Notes under the pieces: generated by a model | What the model saw: only the letters and a program-made list of their open reading frames with translations | What the model was told of the DNA's origin: nothing | Database searches by the model: none | Part shown: positions 52,584 to 64,000 of the stretch, in pieces | Position numbering within the stretch: position 1 is the first letter of the stretch | Layout: each line of letters opens with the position of its first letter | Origin: Mobula hypostoma | Taxonomy: Eukaryota | Assembly: GCF_963921235.1 (NCBI RefSeq) | Contig: NC_086097.1 | Location: 117,864,001 to 117,928,000 of the forward strand | Length of the DNA stretch: 64,000 bases | Reading direction: 5' to 3' | Translations under genes and position numbers: made by a program

Positions 52584-52729
52584 ACAGGAAGGGACAGAAC
52601 CAACCTCAGGTAACGGCAAGATGACCCGGCTTACCCGGCGGAGGCAAGGGACAGGAAGGGACAGAACCAACCGCAGGTAACGGCAAGACGGCCTGGCTTA
52701 CCTGGGCGGAGGCAAGGGACAGGAAGGGA
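52584..52729. repeat. ~67-bp tandem repeat, about 2.2 copies
   Basis: ACAGGAAGGGA recurs at 52584, 52651 and 52719 with similar intervening sequence. Confidence 0.85.
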
Positions 52730-53559
52730 GCTAGGTACAGGGTGGCTCCAGGACAAGACTGCAGGCAAGACAAGGCGAGAGTTACCAGCAAGACAAGGCA
52801 GGGCTTCAGGCGAGGAAACAGGAGGCAGATGAAGCGATACAAGGAGTAGGACAAGAACAATCCAGCGCCCATGCTCTGGTTTCTGAAGGTATTTATGCAG
52901 CCAGCCCCAACGAGTATCAGCTGCCTCAATTAAAGTTCAACAAGAACAGAAACAGGGTAGATACGAAAACCTGGAGCCAGGGTCGATGGACCTGAGCGTG
53001 AACCGGAATACAGACCTCACGGACCAGACCATGACACTGTATCTATTACCTCAGTAACTGCACTGCACTATAAACATTTTAAAGTACTTTTTATAATGCT
53101 GTTTACATTGTAATTACATGCTGATATTTACATATTTATGTACATTTAAATAAATAGACTCTAACTTTATTTTTACATGAATCTTCATAATTGTTGAATG
53201 TTATTTTTTGTTGCATGTTGTGCCTTGACAAACACATCATAGAAACTGCCTAATATGTTGTAAATATTTGAAAATTTGTCCTATAGCAGATGGTCCTATA
53301 GGAGATTGGTGCAGAGAGGGAAATGGATCAACCATGATGAAATTGTGGAGCAGACTCGATGAGCCAAATGGCCTAATTCTGCTCTTATACCTGATGGTCA
53401 AATGAAGTTGCTCTTTGATCCTGTTGACAAAAGTCACCAAAGGGGTGGCACTAATATCCTAACACACACAACATGCAAGGTGTCAAATAGGCTCTCTCTT
53501 TCAGATCTCCCGGCTGAATGGTTTGGTGAGTAGGACCAGGGAAAATCAGAAGATAGAAC

Positions 53560-53720
53560 TAATAAAATGCTGGAGGAACTCAGGAGGTCAGGCAGCATCA
53601 ATGGAAAGGAATAAACTATCAATGAATTGGGCTGAAGCCCTTCATCAGGAATATCTGACTACTTCCAGCATTTTGTATGTGTTACTCTGGATTTGCAGCA
53701 TCTGTAGATTCTCTTGTACT
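53560..53720. mobile_element. Inverted pair of Penelope terminal fragments
   Basis: AAAATGCTGGA ... TCCAGCATTTT around a decayed hammerhead-like motif (minus strand CTGATGAAGGGCTTCAGCCC). Confidence 0.55.
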
Positions 53721-54509
53721 TAAGGAAATAATTACCCTTTTATTCACCGGTTCCGTTTGCCCATGGCCCTGCCGAGCAGGTGAGCTTGCAGTTGCTAAAT
53801 TAACTTTAAGTTATTGATGAATCACCTCCTACATTTCCAGTTGTGCTTAGGCAGAAGAAAGGTCACATCCACTGGGATGGGTCTTCCATCAGAGCAGACA
53901 CGTGGCTTATCAGACAATGAGGAGTATCTCTGTGGTGTGACAGCTGTTCCTGTATTGTCTCAGGTACCTGGCTGATGGATTACTGGTGCTTTAATGACGC
54001 TGGTCTTTAATTGCTATTTGTACTCTGTTATGCTGAGCACCTTGATTTTCAGGACTATGTGAGGTTACACACATGGAGTAAATAACCAGCCAATCAGCTT
54101 GTTACCATCAATCTCAATGTGGCAGAATTTCTAGTTATGAGGGGCATTCAGAAGACCAAGTGTATTGCTGGAAATCTTTTTTAAATTCATGTAGATTGGG
54201 TCTGCTTCCTTGATTACTGTTAAGGTGTGTTTCATGGTGACAGATCCCTGTTTGATGGAAGGAAGGATTGACAAGTTTCGAATATGATGCCATCTGCACT
54301 GCAGAAGTGCCATCCCTATGATGTAGAGGAAGTGTCTAGCTTCTGGAGAGGAACCCTTGATGGTAATGATCCTGTGGTTTATGCATAGAGGAGAGCTGCG
54401 TTCCTGCTTATTCTTGGTGACAATACCAATGCCCAGCTCTCCTTTGTGCATAAACTGCAGGGTCATTACCAGCTAGAAGCTGCAGAGAGCTAATGTGATG
54501 TCAAGGTAA

Positions 54510-54800
54510 GGGGCAGCATAGCAGTATTGTGGTTAGCACAATGCTTTACAGTACCTGGGTTCAATTCCAGCTGCTGTCTGTAAGGAGCTGGTACGGTTCT
54601 CCCCGTGATTGTGTGAGTTTCCTCTGGGTGCTCCAGGTTCCTCCCTCAGTCCAAAGACGAACCGGTTGGTAGGTTAATTGGTGATTGCAAATTGTCCTGG
54701 GATTAGGCTAGGATTAAACTGGGGAATTGCTGTCTGGTGTGGCTCGTAGAGCTGGAAGGGCGTATTCCACTCTGTATCCCAATCAATCAGTAATAAAAAA
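54510..54800 (+). mobile_element. V-SINE/HE1-like tRNA SINE
   Basis: GTGGTTAGC A box, GGTTCAATTCC B box, TTCTCCCCGTG..GTTTCCTCTGGGTGCTCC core, A tail. Confidence 0.8.
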
Positions 54801-55454
54801 AGGTCCCATTCGTTGCTTTATGGCCCATATGAGAAGGTAATTGTGTAAGATAATCAAGAAAATAGCTGGTTTTTCAGTACATCTGCAGGAAACTACAGAG
54901 AACTATGGGCATAGTTTAGCATATCATGAAACTAACCTCCTCTCCATGTACTCTGTCTACACTCTGCCCTTGTATAGCAGACAACATGGGACAGCATGCT
55001 AGCAGAGTGCTTAGCGCTTTGCTTTAAGAAGTTAAAGCATTAAGTCTGTACGTTCTCCCTATGATGTGTGGGTTTCCTCTTCATGCTCCACTTTGCCTCC
55101 ACATTTTAACGACGTACTAGTTAGGGTTAGTGAATTGTGGGAATCTTATGTTGATGCCAGAAGCCCTCAGCACAAACCTCAGACTATTAGTCAAAGGATT
55201 CAAAGGAATTTATTATCGAAGTATGTAGAGAGAGAGAGAGAGAGAGAGAAAGAAACCACCACATGCAGACACCCTTCTCCAACAGCAGCGAGATACTGGG
55301 ATACTGGATCAGGAACAACTTCTATCCTGGGGTTATTCAGCAGATCTCTTCTATGATGTGATGGGTGCTTGATGTCACCGTCTACCCTGTCATGGCCTGC
55401 ATAGTGCTGAGTTAGATTAATCTAATACAGAGTAATCTAACAACTCATTTGTAA

Positions 55455-57330
55455 AGTCCTTGAAAGTGACTCTATAGTTTGTGGAGTTAGTTCGGCATTG
55501 AGCTGAGTGAAGTTATGCACACTGGTTCAGGAGCCTGATGGTTGTGGTGTAATTATTGCTCCTGAAACTGGTGGTGGCTCCTGAATCTCCTACCAATGGC
55601 AGTAACAAGAAAAGGTCTTGGCCTGGATAGTGGGTGTCATTGGTGATCGATACTGCTTTCTTGTTGCAGTGCTCCTTCTAACTGTGCTTAATTATGGGAA
55701 GGGCTTTGCCTGTGATGGACTGGGGCTTATCCACCAATGTTTGTTGACATGCCATGATGCAGCCAATCAGGATACTTTCTTCTGTGCATCTATAGAATTT
55801 TGTCAAAGTTTCAAATCATACACTAAACGTCTAAGAAAGTACAGACGTTGTCATATCTTCTTTGTGATGGCACTTATGTGCTGGTCCCAGGAAAATCCTT
55901 TGATGTGGTAACACCAAAGAATTTGAAGTTACTGATCCTCCCCACATCCGATATTTTAATGAGGACTACCTCATGGACCTCTGGCCTCTTTCTCCTGTAA
56001 TCAATAATCAGCTCTTTGGTTTTGCTGATGTTGAGTGATAGGTTTTTAACATGACCCCATTCAATTAGATTTTCAATCTCTCTTCTATGTTCTGATTTGT
56101 CACCATGTTTGATTCGGCCAACAACACTAGTTCACCATTGTCAGCTACTTAAATGTAGCATTTGAGTTATACTTAGTCACACAATCATTTGTATAATGTG
56201 GGTAGAGCAGGGGGGCTAAACACTCAGGCTTGTGGTGCATCTGGGCTGATGATGATTGTGGAGGCAATGTTGTTGCCAGCTTGTACTGGTTGGAGTCTTC
56301 AAGTGGAGTTAAGAGTAGATTCCAACTTGGAGTCTATCAAGTTTCCAGTTGCACAGGGATATATCAAGGTCTGGGTCTAGGAGCTTATTGATTACTTTTT
56401 AGGGGATGATAGTTTTAAATGCTGAGTTGTAGTCAATGAAATGCATCCTGACGTATGCATCTTCATTGTCCTGATGTTCCAGAACTGAGCAAAGAGCCAA
56501 TGAAATGCCAACTGCTGTGGTCCTGTTGTGACACTAGCCAAATTGGAGCTGATCCAACTCACTCCTCAAGCAGGAGTTGATATGTTTTGTGACAACCTTT
56601 CAAAGCACTTTATCATAGTGGACATAAGCTTGACTGGACGATTCTCAATCAGGTAGGGCAACAAGCTCTTGGACACGTATGATTGAAGCCTGCTTGAAGC
56701 AGGTAGGTATATCAGCCTGACAAAGTGAGAAACTGAAGATGTCAGTAAACATTCCAGCCAACTGATCAGCATAGGTTTTTAGTACTTGGCAAGGTACACT
56801 CTCTGAACCAGCTGGGTTCATCCTTCTGAAGGATGCTCTCACATTCGCCTCAGAGACAGAAATCACAGGGGCACTGAGGTCTGTGGGAGTTTGTGAAGGT
56901 ACCCCCATGTTCTGTTTGGTCAAAGTGAGCATAAAAGGCATTAAGCTCATCTGGGAGTGAAACTTTGTTGTCATTTATATTGTTTGATTTTGCATTGTAG
57001 CAGATAATGACATTCATGTTATTATGTGAATCGGATAGAATGTTTCTTGTTCATTAATCATGGCACTAAATACGTTGAGTGCTTGGTTTACATCTGCCTT
57101 TGGCATGATGTAAACAGTGGTCAGGATTGTGGAGCAGAACTCTTTCAGTAAGTGAAATGTTCAACACTTAGTCATTAGATGTTTCAGGTTGGGAGAACAA
57201 GGGTGCAGCAGGCACCTACGTCCGAGCACCATGTTGAGTTTGTCATAAAGCAGATGCCATTCTTCAACACTTCCTAGTGCCACCGGTCCATCTGGTGGAT
57301 GGAGAACACATCAGGCTGTAGTACTATGTC
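55455..57330 (-). mobile_element. Rex1-type LINE, heavily decayed
   Basis: GICFMTN endonuclease remnant near 57250; VRASFRRMNP..CQVLKTYADQLAGMFTDIF (56645..56974); 3' tail near 55460. Confidence 0.8.
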
Positions 57331-57969
57331 TGGAGATGTATATCTAGAGGTTTTGTGAGCTGCCAGCAAAAGGTGCTGTTCAGTATATTGCTAGCACCGC
57401 TTGGAAACCACCTTGGTTTTAATTATCACTCGGCCTCTTGTCTTCCTTTCTCTCTCCTCCTGCTTCCTATTCTGGCTTCTTCGTCTTTCCCTTCAAGACC
57501 GGATGAAGGATCTCAGCTCTAAACTTTAACTGAAGTATGGTTTGAGAGGAAAAGGTGCATTGCAACCTCAGGGAAATGGTAGTTGGCCATGCAAATTGTG
57601 GCAACTGTGAAATATTGCTGCATTTTAGTTGAATGTTCCACAATGACAACCACTGGGATGTGAACACAGCTGCCAATTGAAATGTGGTGCTCAATCACCA
57701 TGAAATGTTGTCTGTCTTCAAACATCTGGGGATGTCCAGTCTTCAAAGCACCCAGAGGCCCATGTCTTGGCTAAAAGACAAACGGAAGGAATTCCCTCTC
57801 CTGGAGCAAGAATCAGTGCCTAATATGTTTAGAAGCTAACATTGATATGTTGCCATCATGTGAAATGGTCACGGTACAAAGAGGATTCAAAGTCACATTG
57901 ACCTTGATCTTTAGTTCCACAATCTACAGGTCTGCCTTGAATGGGTGAACGATCTCCATCACTGCCAGC

Positions 57970-58568
57970 AGGTACAGCTGATAAAGCTACTGCCTCGGAA
58001 TTCCAGTGACCCACGTTCTATTCTGGCTTCGAGTGACACAAATGCAGAGTTTGCAGATTCTCTCTGCAGCTGCATCGGTTTCCTCCAGGTTCTCTGGGTT
58101 CTTCTCATTCCACAAGGACAAGTAGGTTGGTGGATTAATTTGGCATTATAAATTGCCATCAGACAACATGTAGAACATAGGAAATTTGATGGAATGTGGT
58201 CAGAATAATATGGGATTATACGGTCAATAAGTGTTTTCTGGTTGGCATAGCCACAGTGTGCAGTTTGTAGCTGGGCGGCATGGTAGAATAGTGGTTAGCA
58301 CAATCGTTTTACAGTGCCAGTGATCTCTGACCAGGGTCTGATTCCACTGCTGCCTGTAAGGAGTTTGTGTGTTCTGCTCATGACTGTGTGGGTTTTCGCC
58401 AGGCTCCAGTTTGCCTCCAAGGACCTACAGTTAGGGTTAGCAAGTTGTGAGCATGCAATATTGGCACCGTAAATGTGATAACATTTGCGAGCTGCCCCAA
58501 CATAATCCTCAGTCTGTGTGGGTCACAGACACAAATTGACACATTTCACCATATATTTCGATGTTTCA
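57970..58568 (+). mobile_element. Two adjacent V-SINE/HE1-like SINEs; the second is interrupted by the 58569 CR1
   Basis: V-domain-like cores near 58050 and 58360; SINE tail resumes at 61176-61225. Confidence 0.65.
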
Positions 58569-61175
58569 GGATCCTCTTTTGAGTCAGTATGGGTGGAAGT
58601 CAGGAACAGGAAGGGAGCAGTTACTCTATTGGAGGTATTCTATAGGCCCCCTGGTAACAGCAGAGATACAGAGGAGCAGATTGGGAGGCAGATTATGGAA
58701 AGGTGCAAAAATAACGGGGTTGTTATCATGGGGGACTTTAACTTCCCTAATAGTGATTGGCACCTAATTAGTTCCAAGGGTTTAGATGGGGCAGAGTTTG
58801 TTAAGTGTGTCCAGGACGGATTCCTGTCACAGTATGTGGACAGGCCGACTAGGGGGAATGCCATACTAGATCTAGTACTAGGTAATGAACCGGGTCAGGT
58901 CACAGATCTCTCAGTGAGTGAGCATCTGGGGGACAGTGACCACCGCTCCCTGGCCTTTAGCATTATCATGGAAAAGGATAGAATCAGAGAGGACAGGAAA
59001 ATTTTTAATTGGGGAAGGGCAAACTCTGAGGCTATAAGGCTAGAATTTGTGGGTGTGAATTGGGATGATGTATTTGCAGGGAAATGTACTATGGACATGT
59101 GGTCGATCTTTAGAGATCTCTTGCGGGATATTAGGGATAAATTTGTCCCGATGAGGAAGATAAAGAATGGTAGGGTGAAGGAACCATGGGTGACAAGTGA
59201 GGTGGAAAATCTAGTCAGGTGGAAGAAGGCAGCCTACATGAGGTTTAGGAAGCAAGGATCAGATGGGTTTATTGAGGAATATAGGGAAGCAAGAAAGGAG
59301 ATTAAGAAGGGGCTGAGAAGAGCAAGAAGGGGGCATGAGAAGGCCTTGGCGAGCAGGGTAAAGGAAAACCCCAAGGCATTCTTCAATTATGTGAAGCAAA
59401 AAAGGATGACAGGAGTGAAGGTAGGACCGATTAGAGATAAAGGTGGGAAGATGTGCCTTGAGGCTGTGGAAGTGAGCGAGGTCCTCAATGAATACTTCTC
59501 TTCGGTATTCACCAATGAGAGGGAACTTGATGATGGTGAGGACAATATGCGTGAGGTTGATGTTCTGGAGCATGTTGATATTAAGGGAGAGGAGGTGTTG
59601 GAGTTGTTAAAATACATTAAGATGGATAAGTCCCCGGGTCCTGACGGAATATTCCCCAGGCTGCTCCACGAGGCGAGGGAAGAGATTGCTGAGCCTCTGG
59701 CTAGGATCTTTATGTCCTCGTTGTCCACGGGAATGGTACCAGAGGATTGGAGGGAGGCGAATGTTGTCCACTTGTTCAAAAAAGGTAGTAGGGATAGTCC
59801 GGGTAATTATAGACCAGTGAGCCTTACGTCTATGGTGGGAAAGCTTTTGGAAAAGATTCTTAGAGATAGGATCTGTGGGCATTTAGAGAATCATGGTCTG
59901 ATCAGGGACAGTCAGCATGGCTTTGTGAAGGACAGATTGTGGCTAACAAGCCTGATAGAGTTCTTTGAGGAGGTGACCAGGCATACAGATGAGGGTAGTG
60001 CAGTGGATGTGATCTATATGGATTTTAGTAAGGTATTTGACAAGGTTCCACACGGTAGGCTTATTCAGAAAGTCAGAAGGCATGGGATGCAGGGAAGTTT
60101 GTCCAGGTGGATTCAGAAATGGCTTGCCTGCAGAAGACAGAGGGTCATGGTGGAGGGAGTACATTCAGATTGGAGGATTGTGACGAGTGGTGTCCCACAA
60201 GGATCTGTTATGGGACCTCTACTTTCCGTGATTTTTATTAATGACCTGGATGTGGGGGTAGAAGGGTGGGTTGGCAAGTTTGCAGACGACACAAAGGTTG
60301 GTGGTGTTGTAGATAGTGTAGAGGATTGTCAAAGATTGCAGAGAGACATTGATAGGATACAGAAGTGGGCTGAGAAGTGGCAGATGGAGTTCAACCCGGA
60401 GAAGTGTGAGGTGGTACACTTTGAAAGGACAAACTCCAAAGCAGAGTACAAAGTAAATGGCAGGATACTTGGTAGTGTGGAGGAGCAGAGGGATCTGGGG
60501 GTACATGTCCACAGATCCCTGAAAGTTGCCTCACAGGTGGATAGGGTAGTTAAGGAAGCTTATGGGGTGTTAGCTTTCATAAGTCGAGGGATAGAGTTTA
60601 AGAGTCACGATGTAATGATGCAGCTCTATAAAACTCTGGTTAGGCCACACTTGGAGTACTGTGTCCAGTTCTAGTCACCTCACTATAGGAAGGATGTGGA
60701 AGCATTGGAAAGGGTACAGAGGAGATTTGCCATGATGCTGCCTGGTTTAGAAAGTATGCATTATGATCAGAGATTAAGGGAGCTAGGGCTTTACTCTTTG
60801 GAGAGAAGGAGGATGAGAGGAGACATGATAGAGGTGTACAAGATAATAAGAGGAATAGATAGAGTGGATAACCAGTGCCTCTTCCCCAGGGCACCACTGC
60901 TCAATACAAGAGGACATGGCTTTAAGGTAAGGGGTGGGAAGTTCAAAGGGGATATTAGTGGAAGGTTTTTTACTCAGAGAATGATTGGTGCGTGGAATGC
61001 ACTGCCTGAGTCAGTGGTGGAGGCAGATACACTCGTGAAGTTTAAGAGACTACTAGACAGGTATATGGAGGAATTTAAGGTGAGGGCTTATATGGGAGGC
61101 AGGGTTTGAGGGTAGGCACAACATTGTGGGCCCATGGGCCTGTAGTGTGCTGTACTATTCTATGTTCTATGTTCT
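58569..61175 (+). mobile_element. Young CR1 LINE, 5'-truncated, ORF2 nearly uninterrupted
   Basis: About 700 open codons (FYRPP, MGDFNFP, SDH, RT motifs, KFADDTK), one TGG>TAG stop at 60672-74, then the frame continues to 61109; TSD ATGTTTCA at 58561-68 and 61176-83. Confidence 0.95.
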
Positions 61176-61589
61176 ATGTTTCATTGTTAATGTGACAAAT
61201 AATGTCAATCTTTCTTTATCTTTATTGGGCCTGTTCCAGTGCTCATGGAGTTATTGAGAGGTACAACACAGAAACAGGCCCTGTGGCTCACCAAGTTCAT
61301 AGCAACCACCATCCGTCCATCTACAGTAAGACCCTGGAAAATTTAATAACTAGATATATTGCTCCATGAAGATCTGGAGGACGATGTGTGGTTCTGTGTG
61401 CAAGTTGGGGATGAAGCTGACAGGGTTGAGTCCTCTTGTGTCCAAAACCTTTAATCATCCCAAACCAATGACCACTCTGCTACAGGTACTGTCCATGCTG
61501 CACCCTGTAGAACTAATGAAAGCACCAGTGAAATGGCTGAACTTCCACCTTTTGTACTCTCTGAACTTGCAAGAATGTTGCCAGGATTC

Positions 61590-62015
61590 ATGAGCCAAAA
61601 ATTATAGGGAGAGCTTGGGCAGGCTAGTCCTTGGGTCACTGGAGCATAGGAAATTGAAAGGTGACCCAGGAGAGGTGTATAAAGTCATGAGGGGCATAGA
61701 TACAGTGAATGCACACAGTTCTTTTCCAAGGGAAAGGGAATCAAAATCTTGAGAGAATAGATTCATGGTGAGAGGAGAAAGGTTAAAAGGAGACCCAAGG
61801 GACAAATGCCTCATGCTGAAGGTGGTAGCTATTCGGAATGAGCTGAGGCAGGTGCAATGTAAACATTTAAAAGACATTTATACTGGTACTTGATAGGAAC
61901 GTTTTGAGGAGTATAGGCCAAATATGGGCAAATAGGACTTGCTTAGATGGGAAACTTGAACTAGTTTGGCTAAAGGACCCACTCCCAGGTTCTGTCCATT
62001 CTATGTCTCTATAAC
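61590..62015 (+). mobile_element. Old CR1 3' fragment
   Basis: Decayed EHRKLKGD..VYKVMRGID motif and CR1-like tail. Confidence 0.65.
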
Positions 62016-63084
62016 TGAAATGCAGCTGACACCACCACAGCAGTGAGTGATCGCCTGTATCAATAATCCAAGCACCATTAACAGGGAGATCGTTGGAAGT
62101 TTCAATATGAGTCACCTGTGATGCTTCTTAAACAGGCGTGATACAATTTGACAGGCAACTTCAAAAGAAGGATGGGGCAGGTGGAGTGGTGTTGCCTGTT
62201 CTACATCCTATGCATGTCAGCTAGCCCAGCGCAGCACTGGCAAGATTGTTAAATGTTGTGTTTAGCTGTACTTGTGTGGAGGAAAGGAGGAAATCATGTA
62301 CAGTACAAAAATGTTCATAGATACAACAGAATTCTTAGCCTTTTTTCTCCCTTTTTACACACCTCATCTTCAGGGTAGAGGCAAGTTTTCAAAGGCAATT
62401 ATCCGGAAATGTGGAAGCATTAAAAGGAAATGTCTTTGACTGATTCCCCGATCACATACTTAACCTAATCTTTGCACTGTCCAAGAGACCCATTATGACA
62501 TGATGTGAAAATTTCTTCCTTTAGGTTTTTTCATTGAATAATCGCCAGCTAAGCTGCAAGGCGCGTAATTCGATCCCAGATATGTGATTTGTTGGTTGTG
62601 ACAGAAATTCTTTGATTGTTTTTCTCCTCGTATTTTTTTTTCCCCTGAAGCAAAACTATTTCAGTATTTTGATTTAAACTGTTTATCTGGATATACTAAA
62701 GGGAACCAACTGTATGAATAATAAGTTATATTTGAACTTTAATCCACTTTAGTTTTCTTTTCTTGAGGAGGTTTTCCTTCTGAATTCCATGGTGTTTAAT
62801 GTAACCTTTTTAACAGCATATTTATTTCCTATTTATTGTTGGTGAGATCTTGCTCTGTTGGCATTGACTGTCATGCTTTTCAGTAGCAAAGCATCAGAGC
62901 ATGTTGAATGTGAGATACTGGGGGTATGAAGAATCACCATGTAAATAAAATTGCTTTCTGAGTACCTGCTTAATTAGCTACACCGATTTGAATGTGCTTG
63001 TGACCATTTCTATTTCGGTTATAGTTTTTGCCCATGAGATTGAAACCTGTCAGCTCGTTTTGCCTCTTGTTATAACCACATGAA

Positions 63085-63780
63085 GGTGAAGGAATGAAGG
63101 TGCTCAACGAAGTGATGCCTGAATTTACGACAGATCTCACCAATTAAAAGAGGCTGCATTAGGAGCACTGGACACAATAAATGACCAGAGCAGATTCACA
63201 TGTGAAGTGTTGCCTCTCTTGGAAGGACTTTTGGTGCAATGAATGGAGATAATGGAGGAGGTGAATTGGCAGGTGTACCACCTTAGCCACTTGCAGCGAT
63301 AGGTGCCGGGAGGAAGATTAGTGTGGAGGGATCAATAGACAAGGGAATTACGGAGGGAGTAATCACTGCAGAGAGCAGGGACAGGGTGGAGGTGGAGGGA
63401 AGGTAAAGATATGTTTGGTGGTAGAAACTGTTTGGAGATGGCAAACTTTGCAGAGAATGGTGTGTTGGATGTGGAGGCTCACGGGGTGGTAGGTAAGGAC
63501 AAGAGGAACTCTTTCACTGTTTATCTGGCGGGAAGATAGAGTGAGTGTGGGCATTCAGGATTGGAGGAGATACGGCTGAGAGCAGCATCAATGATGGAAG
63601 AAGGGAAGCCACATTTTTTCAAGGGGGACATCTCTGATGTCCTGGAAAGGAAAGCCTCATCCTGGGAGCAAATGCAATGGAGACAAAGGAACTGAGAAAA
63701 GGGAATAGCATTTTTACAGTAGACAGTGTGGAAAGAAGTATAGGCAAGATAAACATAGGAATCAGTAGGTTTATAAAAGA
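63085..63780 (-). mobile_element. Penelope-like element remnant: RT thumb, linker and GIY-YIG endonuclease
   Basis: FYKPTDS..HTVYCKNAIPFSQFL, ERVPLVLTYHP, then FTCES..VIYCVQCS..IGE..FVEH on the minus strand. Confidence 0.85.
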
Positions 63781-63789
63781 TGAGATACA

Positions 63790-64000
63790 GTGGGCCCTTC
63801 TGGCCCTTCAAACCAGTCTACCCATCAATCCCCCAATTTAAACTTAGAATAACCAGGGGACAATTTACAATGACCAATAAACCTACCAAACCGTACATGC
63901 TTAGAATGTGCGAGGAGACCGTTGCATCTGGAGGAAATTGACGAGGTCACGATAAGGATGTACAAACAGTGGCGGGAATTGGACCCGGGTCGCTAGTACT
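63790..64000 (-). mobile_element. V-SINE/HE1-like SINE, runs off the right edge
   Basis: Similar to 36640-36882; B-box-like GGTCCAATTCC on the minus strand. Confidence 0.65.

Larger units (their letters stand above)
51043..53036 (-). mobile_element. Probable solo LTR (Gypsy-like) containing tandem repeats
   Basis: Termini TGTCAT...ATGACA; 5-bp flanks CTCTA / CTGTA (TSD with one mismatch); no gag/pol motifs; TATA-like CATAAATA on the minus strand near 52890. Confidence 0.75.

Noticed and set aside
51196..52680. 327-494 aa repetitive ORFs as real genes
   Set aside because: They arise because the 33-bp unit lacks stops in four frames; they lie inside an LTR-like element with no domain or splice evidence.
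54131..54466. 111-aa minus-strand ORF
   Set aside because: No identifiable motif; probably chance or a very old repeat.
54510..54580. tRNA genes at A/B-box sites (also near 36850, 37830, 58290)
   Set aside because: They are SINE heads followed by SINE cores; no full cloverleaf.
58518..60674. 718-aa RT as a host gene, retron or defence RT
   Set aside because: Ordinary 5'-truncated CR1 ORF2; its apparent N-terminus is read from flanking SINE sequence and it ends at a premature stop.

Overview
Eukaryotic, repeat-dense DNA with no recognisable host protein-coding gene, rRNA, tRNA gene or CRISPR array. The mix of CR1 LINEs, Rex1/Babar LINEs, Penelope elements, V-SINE/HE1-like SINEs and deleted Tc1 elements suggests a cartilaginous fish, probably a ray (inference). 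Almost every ORF that resembles a known protein is a decayed transposon fragment. Main contents: (1) a Ty3/Gypsy LTR retrotransposon with PNMA-like gag, LTR and tRNA-Pro PBS, with a three-level nested insertion in gag; (2) several CR1 copies, some young and some nested; (3) an AT-rich R4/Dong-type RT relic; (4) a hAT transposase remnant and a Harbinger MITE; (5) a 91-bp Penelope-derived insertion carrying a hammerhead ribozyme core between 13-bp duplications; (6) a probable solo LTR containing a 33-bp minisatellite that produces the long repetitive ORFs at 51-52 kb; (7) an old local duplication hidden by independent insertions. I found no evidence for a novel multi-gene system; the findings concern mobile-element biology. 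Boundaries without a target-site duplication (TSD) are approximate, and family names come from motif recognition rather than database searches.
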